A stretch of 54,742 nt of DNA from an uncultured Opitutaceae bacterium. Its GTDB lineage: Bacteria > Verrucomicrobiota > Verrucomicrobiia > Opitutales > Opitutaceae. The DNA is taken from the NCBI GenBank assembly GCA_964521705.1, contig CAZFUD010000001.1, positions 1-54,742 on the forward strand. The letters run 5' to 3'. The translations under genes and the position numbers were made by a program. Positions within the stretch are counted from its first letter, which is position 1. Each line of letters begins with the position of its first letter. The notes under the pieces were generated by a model. That model was not told the DNA's origin, made no database searches, and was given only the letters and a program-made list of their open reading frames with translations. Shown here one piece after another: positions 9,953 to 19,153 of this stretch.

Positions 9953-10119
9953 ATCCTCTCATAATTAAAAATTCCATCACCAATAGCTATTTCCGAAATT
10001 CCCTAGTTTTACCGGACAAAAAATTTTCGGGCCAACCCACCTCACCTAGCCCAACGCCAACTTAGCTAGCGGTTCTTGACGTGTACCCAGCGACTCCATT
10101 CTGTATTCGCTCAATCAAC

Positions 10120-10638
10120 ATGCCGCCTCCCATTCCCAAAGATCGCCTCAATCAGCTACTGGAAGAGTCTCTATTCAAAGTCCTGAATACAATGGCTCGA
10201 GCCAAATGCGAATTGCAAAGCGTCGAGGCCTATAGCGGAAAACCGGCCCAAAGCCCCGAGGGCACTAGGACCAGTGACTTCGACGCTGGCATATTCGCTG
10301 CTTCGGTCGGATTCGCGGGCGAACTTAATGGAGTATGCTACCTCTTCATGAGCGACGAGTTCGCTTACTATATTTCTAACAAGATTATCGATACGCCCAT
10401 CGATAAGCTAACCGTCGAAGCCGTTATAGACGTCTGCGGCGAGCTAGCCAATATGTTTGCCGGCACGTTCAAAAACGCTCTCGCCGACATGGGCCTTCCC
10501 TCGACACTCACCATCCCTACCGTAATTCAAGGCAAGCGAATGTCCATTGGCACAGCAGGTACCTCGCTGCAATACCGGTACCTCTTCGAGGTGGATGGCC
10601 ACCCAGTATATGCGGATTTGCTGCTGGCGGAAAACTAG
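10120..10638 (+). CDS. cheX: CheX-family chemotaxis phosphatase
   Basis: VGFAGELNG, DVCGELANMFAG (ExxN), LTIPTVIQG; start moved to ATG 10120. Confidence 0.85.
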   Translation: MPPPIPKDRLNQLLEESLFKVLNTMARAKCELQSVEAYSGKPAQSPEGTRTSDFDAGIFAASVGFAGELNGVCYLFMSDEFAYYISNKIIDTPIDKLTVEAVIDVCGELANMFAGTFKNALADMGLPSTLTIPTVIQGKRMSIGTAGTSLQYRYLFEVDGHPVYADLLLAEN

Positions 10639-10642
10639 ACGA

Positions 10643-11305
10643 CTAAGCCCCAGCCTGTTTAGGGGAAAATTGGTAAACGCAACGTCTCGAGCCTTCTAGT
10701 ATGTGCTCGACCCGCTTAACGGAAACCCCTTCGTCAATACTTCGACGAAATACGTCGAGCTCTACAGTACACAGCTTCGAGCAGTTCTTGGCCGCAGAGC
10801 AAATCGGACAATGATTCTCGATCAGCAAGCAAGAACCATCTGGGCCCTCTTGAGCTTCCGCCATATATCCCTCCTGATCGCGGATCTCTGCCAAGGCCTG
10901 GACCTGCTCCTCCAAGGACAACGAGCGATCTATTCGATCCCTATACCATTCCGCTTGCCGCTCGCCTCTTTTTATCAGCACCGCTCCAAAGTCATCTGGA
11001 CCGAGCGACTCTCGCAACTCGTCGAAAAGATCCATAACCAACTCGCGATGCCGGTCCACGAAATGCCGGTTCGCCCTCTCCGTGAGCGTCCAACGCTTCG
11101 TCGGGCGCCCTTTGCCACTACTAACGTCCGTGGAGGAAACATCCCCTTCTCCCTCCAACTCGCGCAAGTGTTGCCGCACCGCCATAGCTGAGACACCTAA
11201 CGCTTCAGCTAGCAGTGAACTCGAAAGATCGCCACGCATCTTAAGCAACCCGAGTATCTTGCCCCGCGTCTCTTGATGAGCTCCCTTATACTTTCCGTCC
11301 TTCAC
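10643..11305 (-). CDS. wHTH transcriptional regulator, SufR-like (Cys-containing sensor domain)
   Basis: LAEALGVSAMAVRQHL, GKGRP, EGYMAE, ENHCPICSAAKNCSKLC..EL, RRCVY. Confidence 0.88.
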   Translation of the reverse strand: MKDGKYKGAHQETRGKILGLLKMRGDLSSSLLAEALGVSAMAVRQHLRELEGEGDVSSTDVSSGKGRPTKRWTLTERANRHFVDRHRELVMDLFDELRESLGPDDFGAVLIKRGERQAEWYRDRIDRSLSLEEQVQALAEIRDQEGYMAEAQEGPDGSCLLIENHCPICSAAKNCSKLCTVELDVFRRSIDEGVSVKRVEHILEGSRRCVYQFSPKQAGA

Positions 11306-11568
11306 GCTATTAGTTCCCGGGTTCCTTCGCGCTAGCCTATCTTAGCCGCTCTTCCAGCCCCCGAAGTTGCCCTCTCCGTGAGTTAAGAAAGAATTTTCTA
11401 ACAAATTAAGTCCAGTTTATTCCCCAGTTCGTGAGCTCCTCTCCCCACGATTAGCATAACAGACAACTCGGCGGAGACTACCTGCGGAAATGCCCGACAA
11501 GCCAACCGGTCAATTCCCGATAGACATCCAACCTATTTTCGCGCTAACGTAAATATTCCGTAAACACC

Positions 11569-11907
11569 GTGATGGATGATCTACTGATAGTGCGAATGGC
11601 TGACCGCTCTAAAGAGCGCTACTCCCGCAAACGACGCCGCATGCAGTCCCCGTTAGGAATGAACATGGGACTGGTCATCGGAATCGGCATTGGAGCTGTC
11701 GCCATCTCGAGGTTCGGAGCCGATCCATTACTTGGCCTGGGATTCGGTATTGGTTTTGGCCTCATTTTCGGGGGCCTATCCGGACGATTCCTCAAACCCA
11801 GGCGCAGATACCAGCGGGTTGAAAAGGCCTACAGCTTCGAAGGCTTGCCATTCGGATCCGACAAAGAGTCGGACGAGGAGTCTCCAGAAGAGGCTGAAAA
11901 AGCCTGA
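11569..11907 (+). CDS. Small two-TM glycine-zipper membrane protein
   Basis: GMNMGLVIGIGIG and GLGFGIGFGLIFGG GxxxG repeats; basic N-terminus, acidic tail; start uncertain. Confidence 0.7.
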   Translation: MMDDLLIVRMADRSKERYSRKRRRMQSPLGMNMGLVIGIGIGAVAISRFGADPLLGLGFGIGFGLIFGGLSGRFLKPRRRYQRVEKAYSFEGLPFGSDKESDEESPEEAEKA

Positions 11908-11916
11908 GCACTCTAC

Positions 11917-12462
11917 CTACAAGTTCTTGAAGATCAGGCGGTAGAAGTCTGGATGCGAAAGCCAGGTTTGGGCCGTGACAATCTTCCCGTCGATCACCGC
12001 TTCATCTTTGGACCAGGTGCCTCCAGCGGCTTCCGCCTCGGGCCGACAATGCTCATAACAGGTAATGTCTGATTCACCGAGGAGTCCAGCCGTTGCGAGA
12101 ATCTGAATTCCATGGCAAATGCTGTAGATCCATTTGTCTGTAGCGTGAAATTCGCGGATGATTTCCAAGACTTTCGGATCGTTCCTTAGATATTCAGGAG
12201 CTCGCCCTCCAATAAGCATGACCGCTATATAGTCGTCGACAACCACCTCATCGAAGGTCAATTGCGACTCTGCCCCGTAACCCTTACGCTCGACGTAAGT
12301 ATCCCATCCTGGCTCAAAATCATGTAGAACCAAATTCAGGACTCGCTTGCTTGGGGCGGCTATCTCAGGGACCATTTCCGCTTCTTCAAAGCGGTGTTTC
12401 GCGTAGAGCGTTTCGTAACTCTCTCCACCATCGCCAGTTATAATCAAAACTTTGTTGCTCAT
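11917..12462 (-). CDS. DJ-1/PfpI family protein
   Basis: ESYE, GGRAPEYLR, ICHG nucleophile. Confidence 0.93.
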   Translation of the reverse strand: MSNKVLIITGDGGESYETLYAKHRFEEAEMVPEIAAPSKRVLNLVLHDFEPGWDTYVERKGYGAESQLTFDEVVVDDYIAVMLIGGRAPEYLRNDPKVLEIIREFHATDKWIYSICHGIQILATAGLLGESDITCYEHCRPEAEAAGGTWSKDEAVIDGKIVTAQTWLSHPDFYRLIFKNL

Positions 12463-12686
12463 AGGATGTGCGCGATCGTTCTTGAACGGGGACGATCTTT
12501 AAAAATCTCCAATTCGCGGCAAGTCTAATACCGCAGGCCAATCGGCATGATCAAACCCACCCACGCAGGCGGACCAACATGGGTTAGCAAGCATTTCGAA
12601 TTGAGCCATATCCCAGAAAACTATTGAACCGCTTCCCTTAGACCTCTTCCCTCTCTTGACCCCGTTTGTACCCGAAGCCACTCCGC

Positions 12687-13103
12687 ATGTTTGACAAACG
12701 AAGACTCGTCTCCGAAGTCCTGCGATTCATCCTAGTCAGCGGGGTCGCCTTCATGATCGACGCCCTCGTCTACCTTGGGTTAAAGTCGATTTTCGAAATC
12801 GATGGATCCTGGTCTAAACGCATAAGCTTTGCATGTGTTTCCGTCTGGGGGTTTTTCGCCCACAAGCATTTTACATTCCGGCACCGCGCTTTTAGGCCTA
12901 GCGAGCCCATTCGCTTTGCTCTGGTTTATCTATCCGGGTGGGTCATCAATAGCCTTGTTTACGACGCTAACATTAACCTGGACCATTCCGCTACGCCCGC
13001 CTTCCTCGTAGCCACGTTTGCCTGGGCGTGCTGGAATTTCATTGGTCAAAAATGGTTCGTTTTCGTGGATCCGAGCTCAAGGCACGCTGGAAGAGCCGGT
13101 TGA
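12687..13103 (+). CDS. GtrA family membrane protein
   Basis: EVLRFILVSG..IDALVY, HKHFTF, WNFIGQKWFVF; four TM segments. Confidence 0.88.
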   Translation: MFDKRRLVSEVLRFILVSGVAFMIDALVYLGLKSIFEIDGSWSKRISFACVSVWGFFAHKHFTFRHRAFRPSEPIRFALVYLSGWVINSLVYDANINLDHSATPAFLVATFAWACWNFIGQKWFVFVDPSSRHAGRAG

Positions 13104-13161
13104 ACGGATGCTTCTATAAGGATCCAAGTGCAGAAACTCGACCCTCTCGTGGTGAGAAAAC

Positions 13162-13869
13162 CTACTTTACGAGCGGGACTATCTCCGAGGACTTGATCAC
13201 TCCTGGCGGGAGTTCCATCATCTCGATATTGCGGAAATGGATCTGGGCCCCTTCGGACTCGAGGCATAGGTAGCCTTTCTTTACCGATGACTCGCGCACT
13301 CCGTTTACGAACTTCCCATTGATCGAGAGCTTTACTACGCCATCCACACAGACAACTAGGTAATGATTCCATTCGCCTTTCCCCTTGCACCGATACTCGA
13401 CTGAGGAACTTCTTTTGCCCCTCGGGTGGTCGGGTATCGTTGTGACCGTTCCGGCTCCAAATAGCTCGCCGCTTACATACTCCCGAACGCGATTGTGGAT
13501 CTTTGGGTAATCGTTTTCCAACATTTGCACTTCGACCCCGCTGGGCAATCGATTTTCTCTGACGACTTCCCCCTCGCTCCATACGAATACCCCAGAATTC
13601 CCTCCCGCTTCAAGATGCATCCACTCGATAGATAGGATAAAATTCTCGTACTGCTTTTCACTACGCATGACTCCGATCGGAGTGCCGCTACAAACCAGTG
13701 CCCCATCTTTGACAGACCAGGTATCTGGGCTCGTATTCACATCTACCCAACCATCGAGCGTCTTTCCATCAAACAAGGGTTTGAACTCTGGCGTTTCGAT
13801 GCCAGCAGCCACACAATGCAAGAGCATCCATCCGATCATTTGCGCCAATATGCCAATCTTCATATCCAA
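13162..13869 (-). CDS. DUF1080 (3-keto-disaccharide hydrolase-like) exported protein
   Basis: [41 protein letters not shown]; signal peptide. Confidence 0.92.
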   Translation of the reverse strand: MDMKIGILAQMIGWMLLHCVAAGIETPEFKPLFDGKTLDGWVDVNTSPDTWSVKDGALVCSGTPIGVMRSEKQYENFILSIEWMHLEAGGNSGVFVWSEGEVVRENRLPSGVEVQMLENDYPKIHNRVREYVSGELFGAGTVTTIPDHPRGKRSSSVEYRCKGKGEWNHYLVVCVDGVVKLSINGKFVNGVRESSVKKGYLCLESEGAQIHFRNIEMMELPPGVIKSSEIVPLVK

Positions 13870-13890
13870 TTCCTTTTGTATCGCGGTCGA

Positions 13891-15201
13891 TCAATGGCTC
13901 CAGCCAACCGGTTGCGTCCACGCTTTTTGCTCCATATCACTAAATTCATCGTATTTAAAGTACGGCGGCGCATCGCAGTGAATGACCGCCCTAACATACA
14001 ATTCGTCCCCACTAAATTGATACGTCGCCTTTGAGTCATCTATCTCCTGGAACGTCATACCGATTCCAGCGTCAGAATAATTTCCAGTTACCGGGTGGGC
14101 TAGACCCTTGTTGTCGACCACATCATCAACGAGTTTGAAGTCTAAAGATACATCTTTAAGTGATCCTTTGAACTCTATCCGATAGTTTACTCCAGCCTTC
14201 TCATCAACCTCCACCGTCAATGTCTGCTTTTCCTCGTCGTACGCCAACTCGCTCAATATTACCCCAGTTGTCGCGTAGAATTGCCCTTCCTCCATAGCTG
14301 AGGTGATTGCGTTGGGGGTTAACTCCCGGGCTTGGACCATGACCCACGATGTGCCTGGAGCATTCATGAGGTAATCGCCAATGTGATAATCGTGGGTGTC
14401 GTCGGTAGCCGTTCCATAAATCGGTGAAAGCCTTTCGCGCTTAAGGCGAATCGTGTTGGCTATATCCCAAATGCGTTCAACTGATGGGCGCCGCCCGTCG
14501 CCAAGATTAAAACAGTTCGAACTGGAATTCATGATCTCCAAGCCTTCAAGACCACGGGCTGCAGCCAGTTGCTCACCCGTGATAGCGAACCTGAAGTTCG
14601 GGTGATTGGCTTGCCAGAAAACTGGATTACCCGTACTATGTTCGTGCAGATGAACGAGCGATTCGTGCAGAGCCAATTCCTCTTGAACCGTCCGATTGCT
14701 ATTCTTTTCGACCTCAAGCAAGGCGCTGATGTTCATCGGATTCGTATGGACCGAATACCCACTCGGATCGGTTGTCATTTCCAATCCTTCGATCATGATG
14801 AACTTGCCCGGTTCTTCCAGGAGCTCGCGGACTTCGTCTAGCTCCATGAGTCGGACTTGCTTCTTCCCATCCAGCAATCGCGTCTTTACATGCCCTTTCC
14901 CCCAGCGCTTCTCAGCCTTCGCTAGCACTGGCAGGGCTTGGTCCGCCCTCAATGTCTTCCACTTTTCTCCTCTCAACAGAATATTATGATCGGAAAGCAC
15001 GAGAAAGTGATAGCCATGACGCTTGTACCAATCCGCGACGGATTCTGGAAGGTCATCCCCATCGGACCAAAGCGTGTGGGTGTGAGCGTTGCCTTTGAAC
15101 CATCGAAGATCGTCACTTTCTCTTAAAGAACAGGAAGTGGCTAGAAAGCAGAAGGAGATTATCAGAAGGCAAGCAGTCTTGAGTCTCATATTCATTCTCA
15201 T
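13891..15201 (-). CDS. PHP-domain metallohydrolase, probable lipoprotein
   Basis: WFKGNAHTHTLWSDG, LSDHN, NHPN, TDDTH, GQFYATTG; LATSC lipobox-like segment. Confidence 0.85.
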   Translation of the reverse strand: MRMNMRLKTACLLIISFCFLATSCSLRESDDLRWFKGNAHTHTLWSDGDDLPESVADWYKRHGYHFLVLSDHNILLRGEKWKTLRADQALPVLAKAEKRWGKGHVKTRLLDGKKQVRLMELDEVRELLEEPGKFIMIEGLEMTTDPSGYSVHTNPMNISALLEVEKNSNRTVQEELALHESLVHLHEHSTGNPVFWQANHPNFRFAITGEQLAAARGLEGLEIMNSSSNCFNLGDGRRPSVERIWDIANTIRLKRERLSPIYGTATDDTHDYHIGDYLMNAPGTSWVMVQARELTPNAITSAMEEGQFYATTGVILSELAYDEEKQTLTVEVDEKAGVNYRIEFKGSLKDVSLDFKLVDDVVDNKGLAHPVTGNYSDAGIGMTFQEIDDSKATYQFSGDELYVRAVIHCDAPPYFKYDEFSDMEQKAWTQPVGWSH

Positions 15202-17093
15202 GGCACCTGCCGACTCGTGCCTTCGAGCTGGCTCAATGCTCGATTTAATACTCTTACCACGTATTTCCCATTCGCATACAAATCCATTCTAGGCTCTAGA
15301 GCCGCATGCATCTCCGACAATACCGGCCTAGCCATCTCGTCAATTTCGTCCAGAACGATGGCTGCGTGCAAGCGTTCCCACTGCTCTCCTTCATCCAACT
15401 CCTTCGTCAAAACCGGAAGAGCTCTTTTCGGCATATCTAGCCGGCAAAGAGCCCGGGCAGCAGCTATGCGCACAACTGCTGACTCATCGCCCAGTGCTTT
15501 CTCCATGGCTTTGACCGCAGATCTGGCCTCTGTCCCGATATTTCCGATACCAACAGCTCCCCAATAGCGAATAGCCGCATCGCGATCGCTCATCGCTTCG
15601 AGCAAACTTGGCAGTGCGGTAAGGCCTCCAGAAGCCTGCGTCGCTATATCGGCGAGACGTCGATTGAAGGTAGGATCGTCATTTTGCCTCAGAATTCCGT
15701 ACCGGTGACCGATCCTCTTTTCCCTTTCTATTAAAATGGGCTCAGCGATCAGACCGGTATCGCGAGTTCGTTTCACCCAGGACAAATGGGCCTCTCTCAA
15801 TCGTGAAAGCGTATCCGTATAAACAGGATCGCCAGCGATATTCTTGACTTCGAAGGGATCCGTCCAGGTGTCGTAGAGCTCCTCTACAGGTTTGGTTGGG
15901 GAGAAATAGTATTCCGCTTCCGGAGGCAATGCTCGCGATTGGTGCAGTTGCCTCAGGTCTGCCATGGTCGCCCCTTTTTCTGGCGTATTCATGTATTGGT
16001 AATAAGTTTTGAGCGGCTCGTAATTTCGAATGTACTTGAACCGCTGATCTCTGGCCATGCGGATAATATCGTAGCGTTCATCCATACGATCGCGGGCCCC
16101 AAAAACATAGTCTCTCGCAGCGGCTGCGTTGGGCCCTAAAAACGGTCGGCCCTGAATATGGTCCGGAACGTCGACACCTGCTAAATTGAGCACGGTAGGA
16201 CCAAAATCGATTGAGCTAATCAGCTGTTGGGATATCATGCCCTCAGATCCCTGTCCTCCGATCCTCAAGGATTCGGGTATACGAACGATAAGGGGAACCC
16301 GAGTCCCCGAGTCGTACAGCCACCGCTTTCCCCTTGGGAGACCAACGCCGTGATCAGACCAGAAGAATATAACCGTATTGTCATAGAGCCCATCTTCTTT
16401 CAATTGAGCGATAAGTTCCCCCGCCCAATGATCCATTGCCGTGATCAACTCGTAATTGCGTTTCCAATCCTCGCGAGCCCGAGGCGTATCCGGGTAGTAA
16501 GGAGGAAACGTAGACAAAGCATAAGCATCCTGTCTTTGACTGGGATCGAGGACTTCCGTAACTGATCGGTACTTCGCCTCCCCGGCTATACCACTTTCAT
16601 GGCATCCTGTGAAATTGAATACAGAAAAGAAGGGTTGATCCTTGTCTTTACGTTTCCGCCAATGGGCCCTGCCGCTCGATTCGTCCCAAACGCCCTTCGG
16701 GGTCTCGAATTGATAGTCCTGCTTGCTGTTATTCGACGTGTAATAACCAGCCTGGCGTAAATAGGCTGGAAAGGGAACAATCTGGTCAGGCAAGCGAGCG
16801 TTGCCTCGCATGTGTTGAGTGCCAAGGGTGGTCTGGTACATTCCCGTGATGATTCCGCTGCGGCAAGGAGCGCAAACTCCTGCCGTCGTGAATGTATGAG
16901 TGTACCGCACGCCCTCGGTTGCGAGTCGGTCTAGATTTGGCGTAATCGCGTGTGGATCTCCAAAACACGCAATGTGCGGACTGATATCCTCGCAGCTAAT
17001 CCAAACAATATTCGGCTTCTCGGCGAATGAAGCTGTTACAATGCTAAGTATGGTGACTATCGGAATAAAAGGTTTCATTTGGAGGGATGGCAT
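15198..17093 (-). CDS. Sulfatase with C-terminal HEAT/PBS-lyase repeats
   Basis: KPNIVWISCED, CAPCRSGIITG, SDHG, EELYD; C-terminal repeats IRYWGAVGIG / VRIAAARAL / ERLHAAIVL. Confidence 0.92.
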   Translation of the reverse strand: MPSLQMKPFIPIVTILSIVTASFAEKPNIVWISCEDISPHIACFGDPHAITPNLDRLATEGVRYTHTFTTAGVCAPCRSGIITGMYQTTLGTQHMRGNARLPDQIVPFPAYLRQAGYYTSNNSKQDYQFETPKGVWDESSGRAHWRKRKDKDQPFFSVFNFTGCHESGIAGEAKYRSVTEVLDPSQRQDAYALSTFPPYYPDTPRAREDWKRNYELITAMDHWAGELIAQLKEDGLYDNTVIFFWSDHGVGLPRGKRWLYDSGTRVPLIVRIPESLRIGGQGSEGMISQQLISSIDFGPTVLNLAGVDVPDHIQGRPFLGPNAAAARDYVFGARDRMDERYDIIRMARDQRFKYIRNYEPLKTYYQYMNTPEKGATMADLRQLHQSRALPPEAEYYFSPTKPVEELYDTWTDPFEVKNIAGDPVYTDTLSRLREAHLSWVKRTRDTGLIAEPILIEREKRIGHRYGILRQNDDPTFNRRLADIATQASGGLTALPSLLEAMSDRDAAIRYWGAVGIGNIGTEARSAVKAMEKALGDESAVVRIAAARALCRLDMPKRALPVLTKELDEGEQWERLHAAIVLDEIDEMARPVLSEMHAALEPRMDLYANGKYVVRVLNRALSQLEGTSRQVP

Positions 17094-17247
17094 GATTCTA
17101 CTGAGCGATACCGTCTTCTAGATGAAGCGCTATTAGCGACGCGAACTCAAGGATCCAGTTCAGTTTGGCGGTGGAATCAGCCCTCGATGGACATCGCTCG
17201 CTGAAAACCGTCGACAGATTCCCTCACGCCGTATTTCCAAGAGCCCA

Positions 17248-17481
17248 ATGATTTCCGAATCGCGCCGCATCATAACAATTCACTCAGACACGATTGAGCT
17301 CAACCAGCTGCTTAAGTTCGAGGGGCTGGTATCTAGCGGAGGCGAGGCCAAACAGGTCATCAATGACGGCCTTGTGAGTGTCAACGGGGAGACGGAAACG
17401 CGAAAACGCCGAAAACTTGTCCACGGCGACTCTATCGCATTCAACGGAGAAACCTATCAAGTGGAAGGTTCGACGGCTTGA
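17248..17481 (+). CDS. S4-domain RNA-binding protein (YbcJ/YaaA family)
   Basis: IELNQLLKFEGLVSSGGEAKQVINDGLVSVNGETETRKRRKL. Confidence 0.92.
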   Translation: MISESRRIITIHSDTIELNQLLKFEGLVSSGGEAKQVINDGLVSVNGETETRKRRKLVHGDSIAFNGETYQVEGSTA

Positions 17482-17614
17482 TTTAAACAACGCTAGCGCG
17501 GGAATAAGTATCCCTGCGGACAGATAGGTTAAGGCTCTGGGACAATTCATCAACAGCTCTTAGAATTTTTCATCGACGGCAAGGCGCGGAACGGAAAAAC
17601 TCTGGCAATATCGC

Positions 17615-18415
17615 ATGAAGCAATACCTCGAACTGCTCCAACACGTTATTGACAACGGCCAATTCCGAGACGACCGCACAGGTACAGGGACCTTTTCCGT
17701 ATTTGGCGCCCAGCAACGTTTCGACCTACGCGACGGATTTCCTTGTCTGACCACTAAGAAACTCCATCTCCGCTCGATCATCCACGAGCTTCTGTGGTTC
17801 CTAAATGGGGACACCAACATTAAGTATTTGAACGAGAACCGCGTCACGATTTGGGACGAGTGGGCGGATGAAAACGGGGGCTTGGGGCGCGTTTACGGGG
17901 CTCAGTGGACCGATTGGAAGACCCCAGAGGGGGATAGTATCAATCAAATCGAACAGGTCATCGACCAGATCAAAAATAACCCGACTAGTCGGCGCTTGAT
18001 GGTCAGCGCTTGGAATCCGGGCGAGCTGCATCTGATGGCCCTGCCTCCTTGCCATAGCTTGTTCCAATTCTATGTGAATCCCGATCGCGGCGAGCTTTCC
18101 TGCCAGCTCTACCAGCGAAGCGCGGACCTCTTTCTGGGGGTGCCCTTCAATATCGCCAGCTATGCGCTACTAACGATGATGGTCGCTCAAGTCTGCGATT
18201 TGAAACCTGGCGATTTCGTCCATACATTCGGGGACCTTCACCTCTATGCCAACCATATCGAGCAAGCTAAACTACAATTGACCCGAGAGCCCAGAGGGCT
18301 GCCAACCATGCGCATCAATCCAAATGTGAAGGCTATCGACGCCTTCACCTTCGACGATTTCGAATTAGTCGACTACGATCCCCACCCCACGATTAAGGCT
18401 CCCATTTCCGTTTAA
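17615..18415 (+). CDS. thyA: Thymidylate synthase
   Basis: [43 protein letters not shown]. Confidence 0.99.
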   Translation: MKQYLELLQHVIDNGQFRDDRTGTGTFSVFGAQQRFDLRDGFPCLTTKKLHLRSIIHELLWFLNGDTNIKYLNENRVTIWDEWADENGGLGRVYGAQWTDWKTPEGDSINQIEQVIDQIKNNPTSRRLMVSAWNPGELHLMALPPCHSLFQFYVNPDRGELSCQLYQRSADLFLGVPFNIASYALLTMMVAQVCDLKPGDFVHTFGDLHLYANHIEQAKLQLTREPRGLPTMRINPNVKAIDAFTFDDFELVDYDPHPTIKAPISV

Positions 18416-18422
18416 CTGATTC

Positions 18423-18490
18423 CGTAGGGTCGTCGCTCGCGGCGACCCACCTGCGACGAGCACGCGGCATTTCGCAAGCGACAGCCCTAC
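18423..18490. repeat. REP-like inverted doublet (family C) between thyA and folA
   Basis: CGTAGGGTCGTCGCTCGCGGCGACCC ... TCGCAAGCGACAGCCCTAC; related to 39644-39721. Confidence 0.65.
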
Positions 18491-18505
18491 AACGAAACGC
18501 CCATT

Positions 18506-18979
18506 ATGTCACAATCCGCCCCCTGGAAAGCGATCGCCGCGATGAGCGAAAACCGTGTCATCGGAAACGGGAATGAAATACCTTGGCGTATATCCGAGGA
18601 TTTCAAATGGTTCAAAGCCACCACTATGGGCGGCGTCCTTGTAATGGGCCGCAAAACTTGGGACAGCATCGGTCGCCCGCTTCCAGGCAGAAAAACCGCG
18701 GTCGTCAGCCGATCCCATCCCGACCTTCCCACAGATGTCGACTTGCTAGATAGCCTGGAAGCGATCGAATCTCGAAACTACCAGGATCAGATTTGGATTT
18801 GCGGGGGAGCTGAAATCTACCGTCAAGCATTGTCCATGTGCCATGAGCTCTATCTGACGCTTGTCAAACGGCGAGTCGAGGGTGACGCTTTCTTTCCCGA
18901 TTTCGAAGACAGCTTCAACTTGGACGAGGTTATCCGAGACGAATCCGAATTCCAAATACGTCGCTATAAGCGTAAGTAA
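18506..18979 (+). CDS. folA: Dihydrofolate reductase
   Basis: AAMSENRVIG, IPW, EDFKWFK, MGRKTWDSIGRPLPGR, GGAEIY, GDAFFP; downstream of thyA. Confidence 0.98.
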   Translation: MSQSAPWKAIAAMSENRVIGNGNEIPWRISEDFKWFKATTMGGVLVMGRKTWDSIGRPLPGRKTAVVSRSHPDLPTDVDLLDSLEAIESRNYQDQIWICGGAEIYRQALSMCHELYLTLVKRRVEGDAFFPDFEDSFNLDEVIRDESEFQIRRYKRK

Positions 18980-19015
18980 TTGATTTCGCTAGGATAAGCA
19001 CCGCTATCCCAAAAA

Positions 19016-19129
19016 CGCGCCGGGACGTCGCGTTCCACCCTCTAGCCTAGTGAAATACTTGGTAGAGCCCGACCTCCGTGCGGGCTTGAGTCGACCCATT
19101 TAAGATCGCCTGGAAGATCGGGCAATACC
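19016..19129. repeat. REP-like cluster (family B, three alternating units)
   Basis: CGCGCCGGGACGTCGCGTTCCACC (19016-39), GGTAGAGCCCGACCTCCGTGCGGGC (19061-85), degenerate inverted unit 19104-129; near-identical pair at 51843-51908. Confidence 0.75.
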
Positions 19130-19153
19130 CATCAATACGATCCCTCCGGCCCC

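Noticed and set aside
9421-10065. Long alternative-frame ORFs (also 31761-32345 and 38915-39628)
   Set aside because: Arg/Ser-rich off-frame reads of hydrophobic membrane-protein genes.
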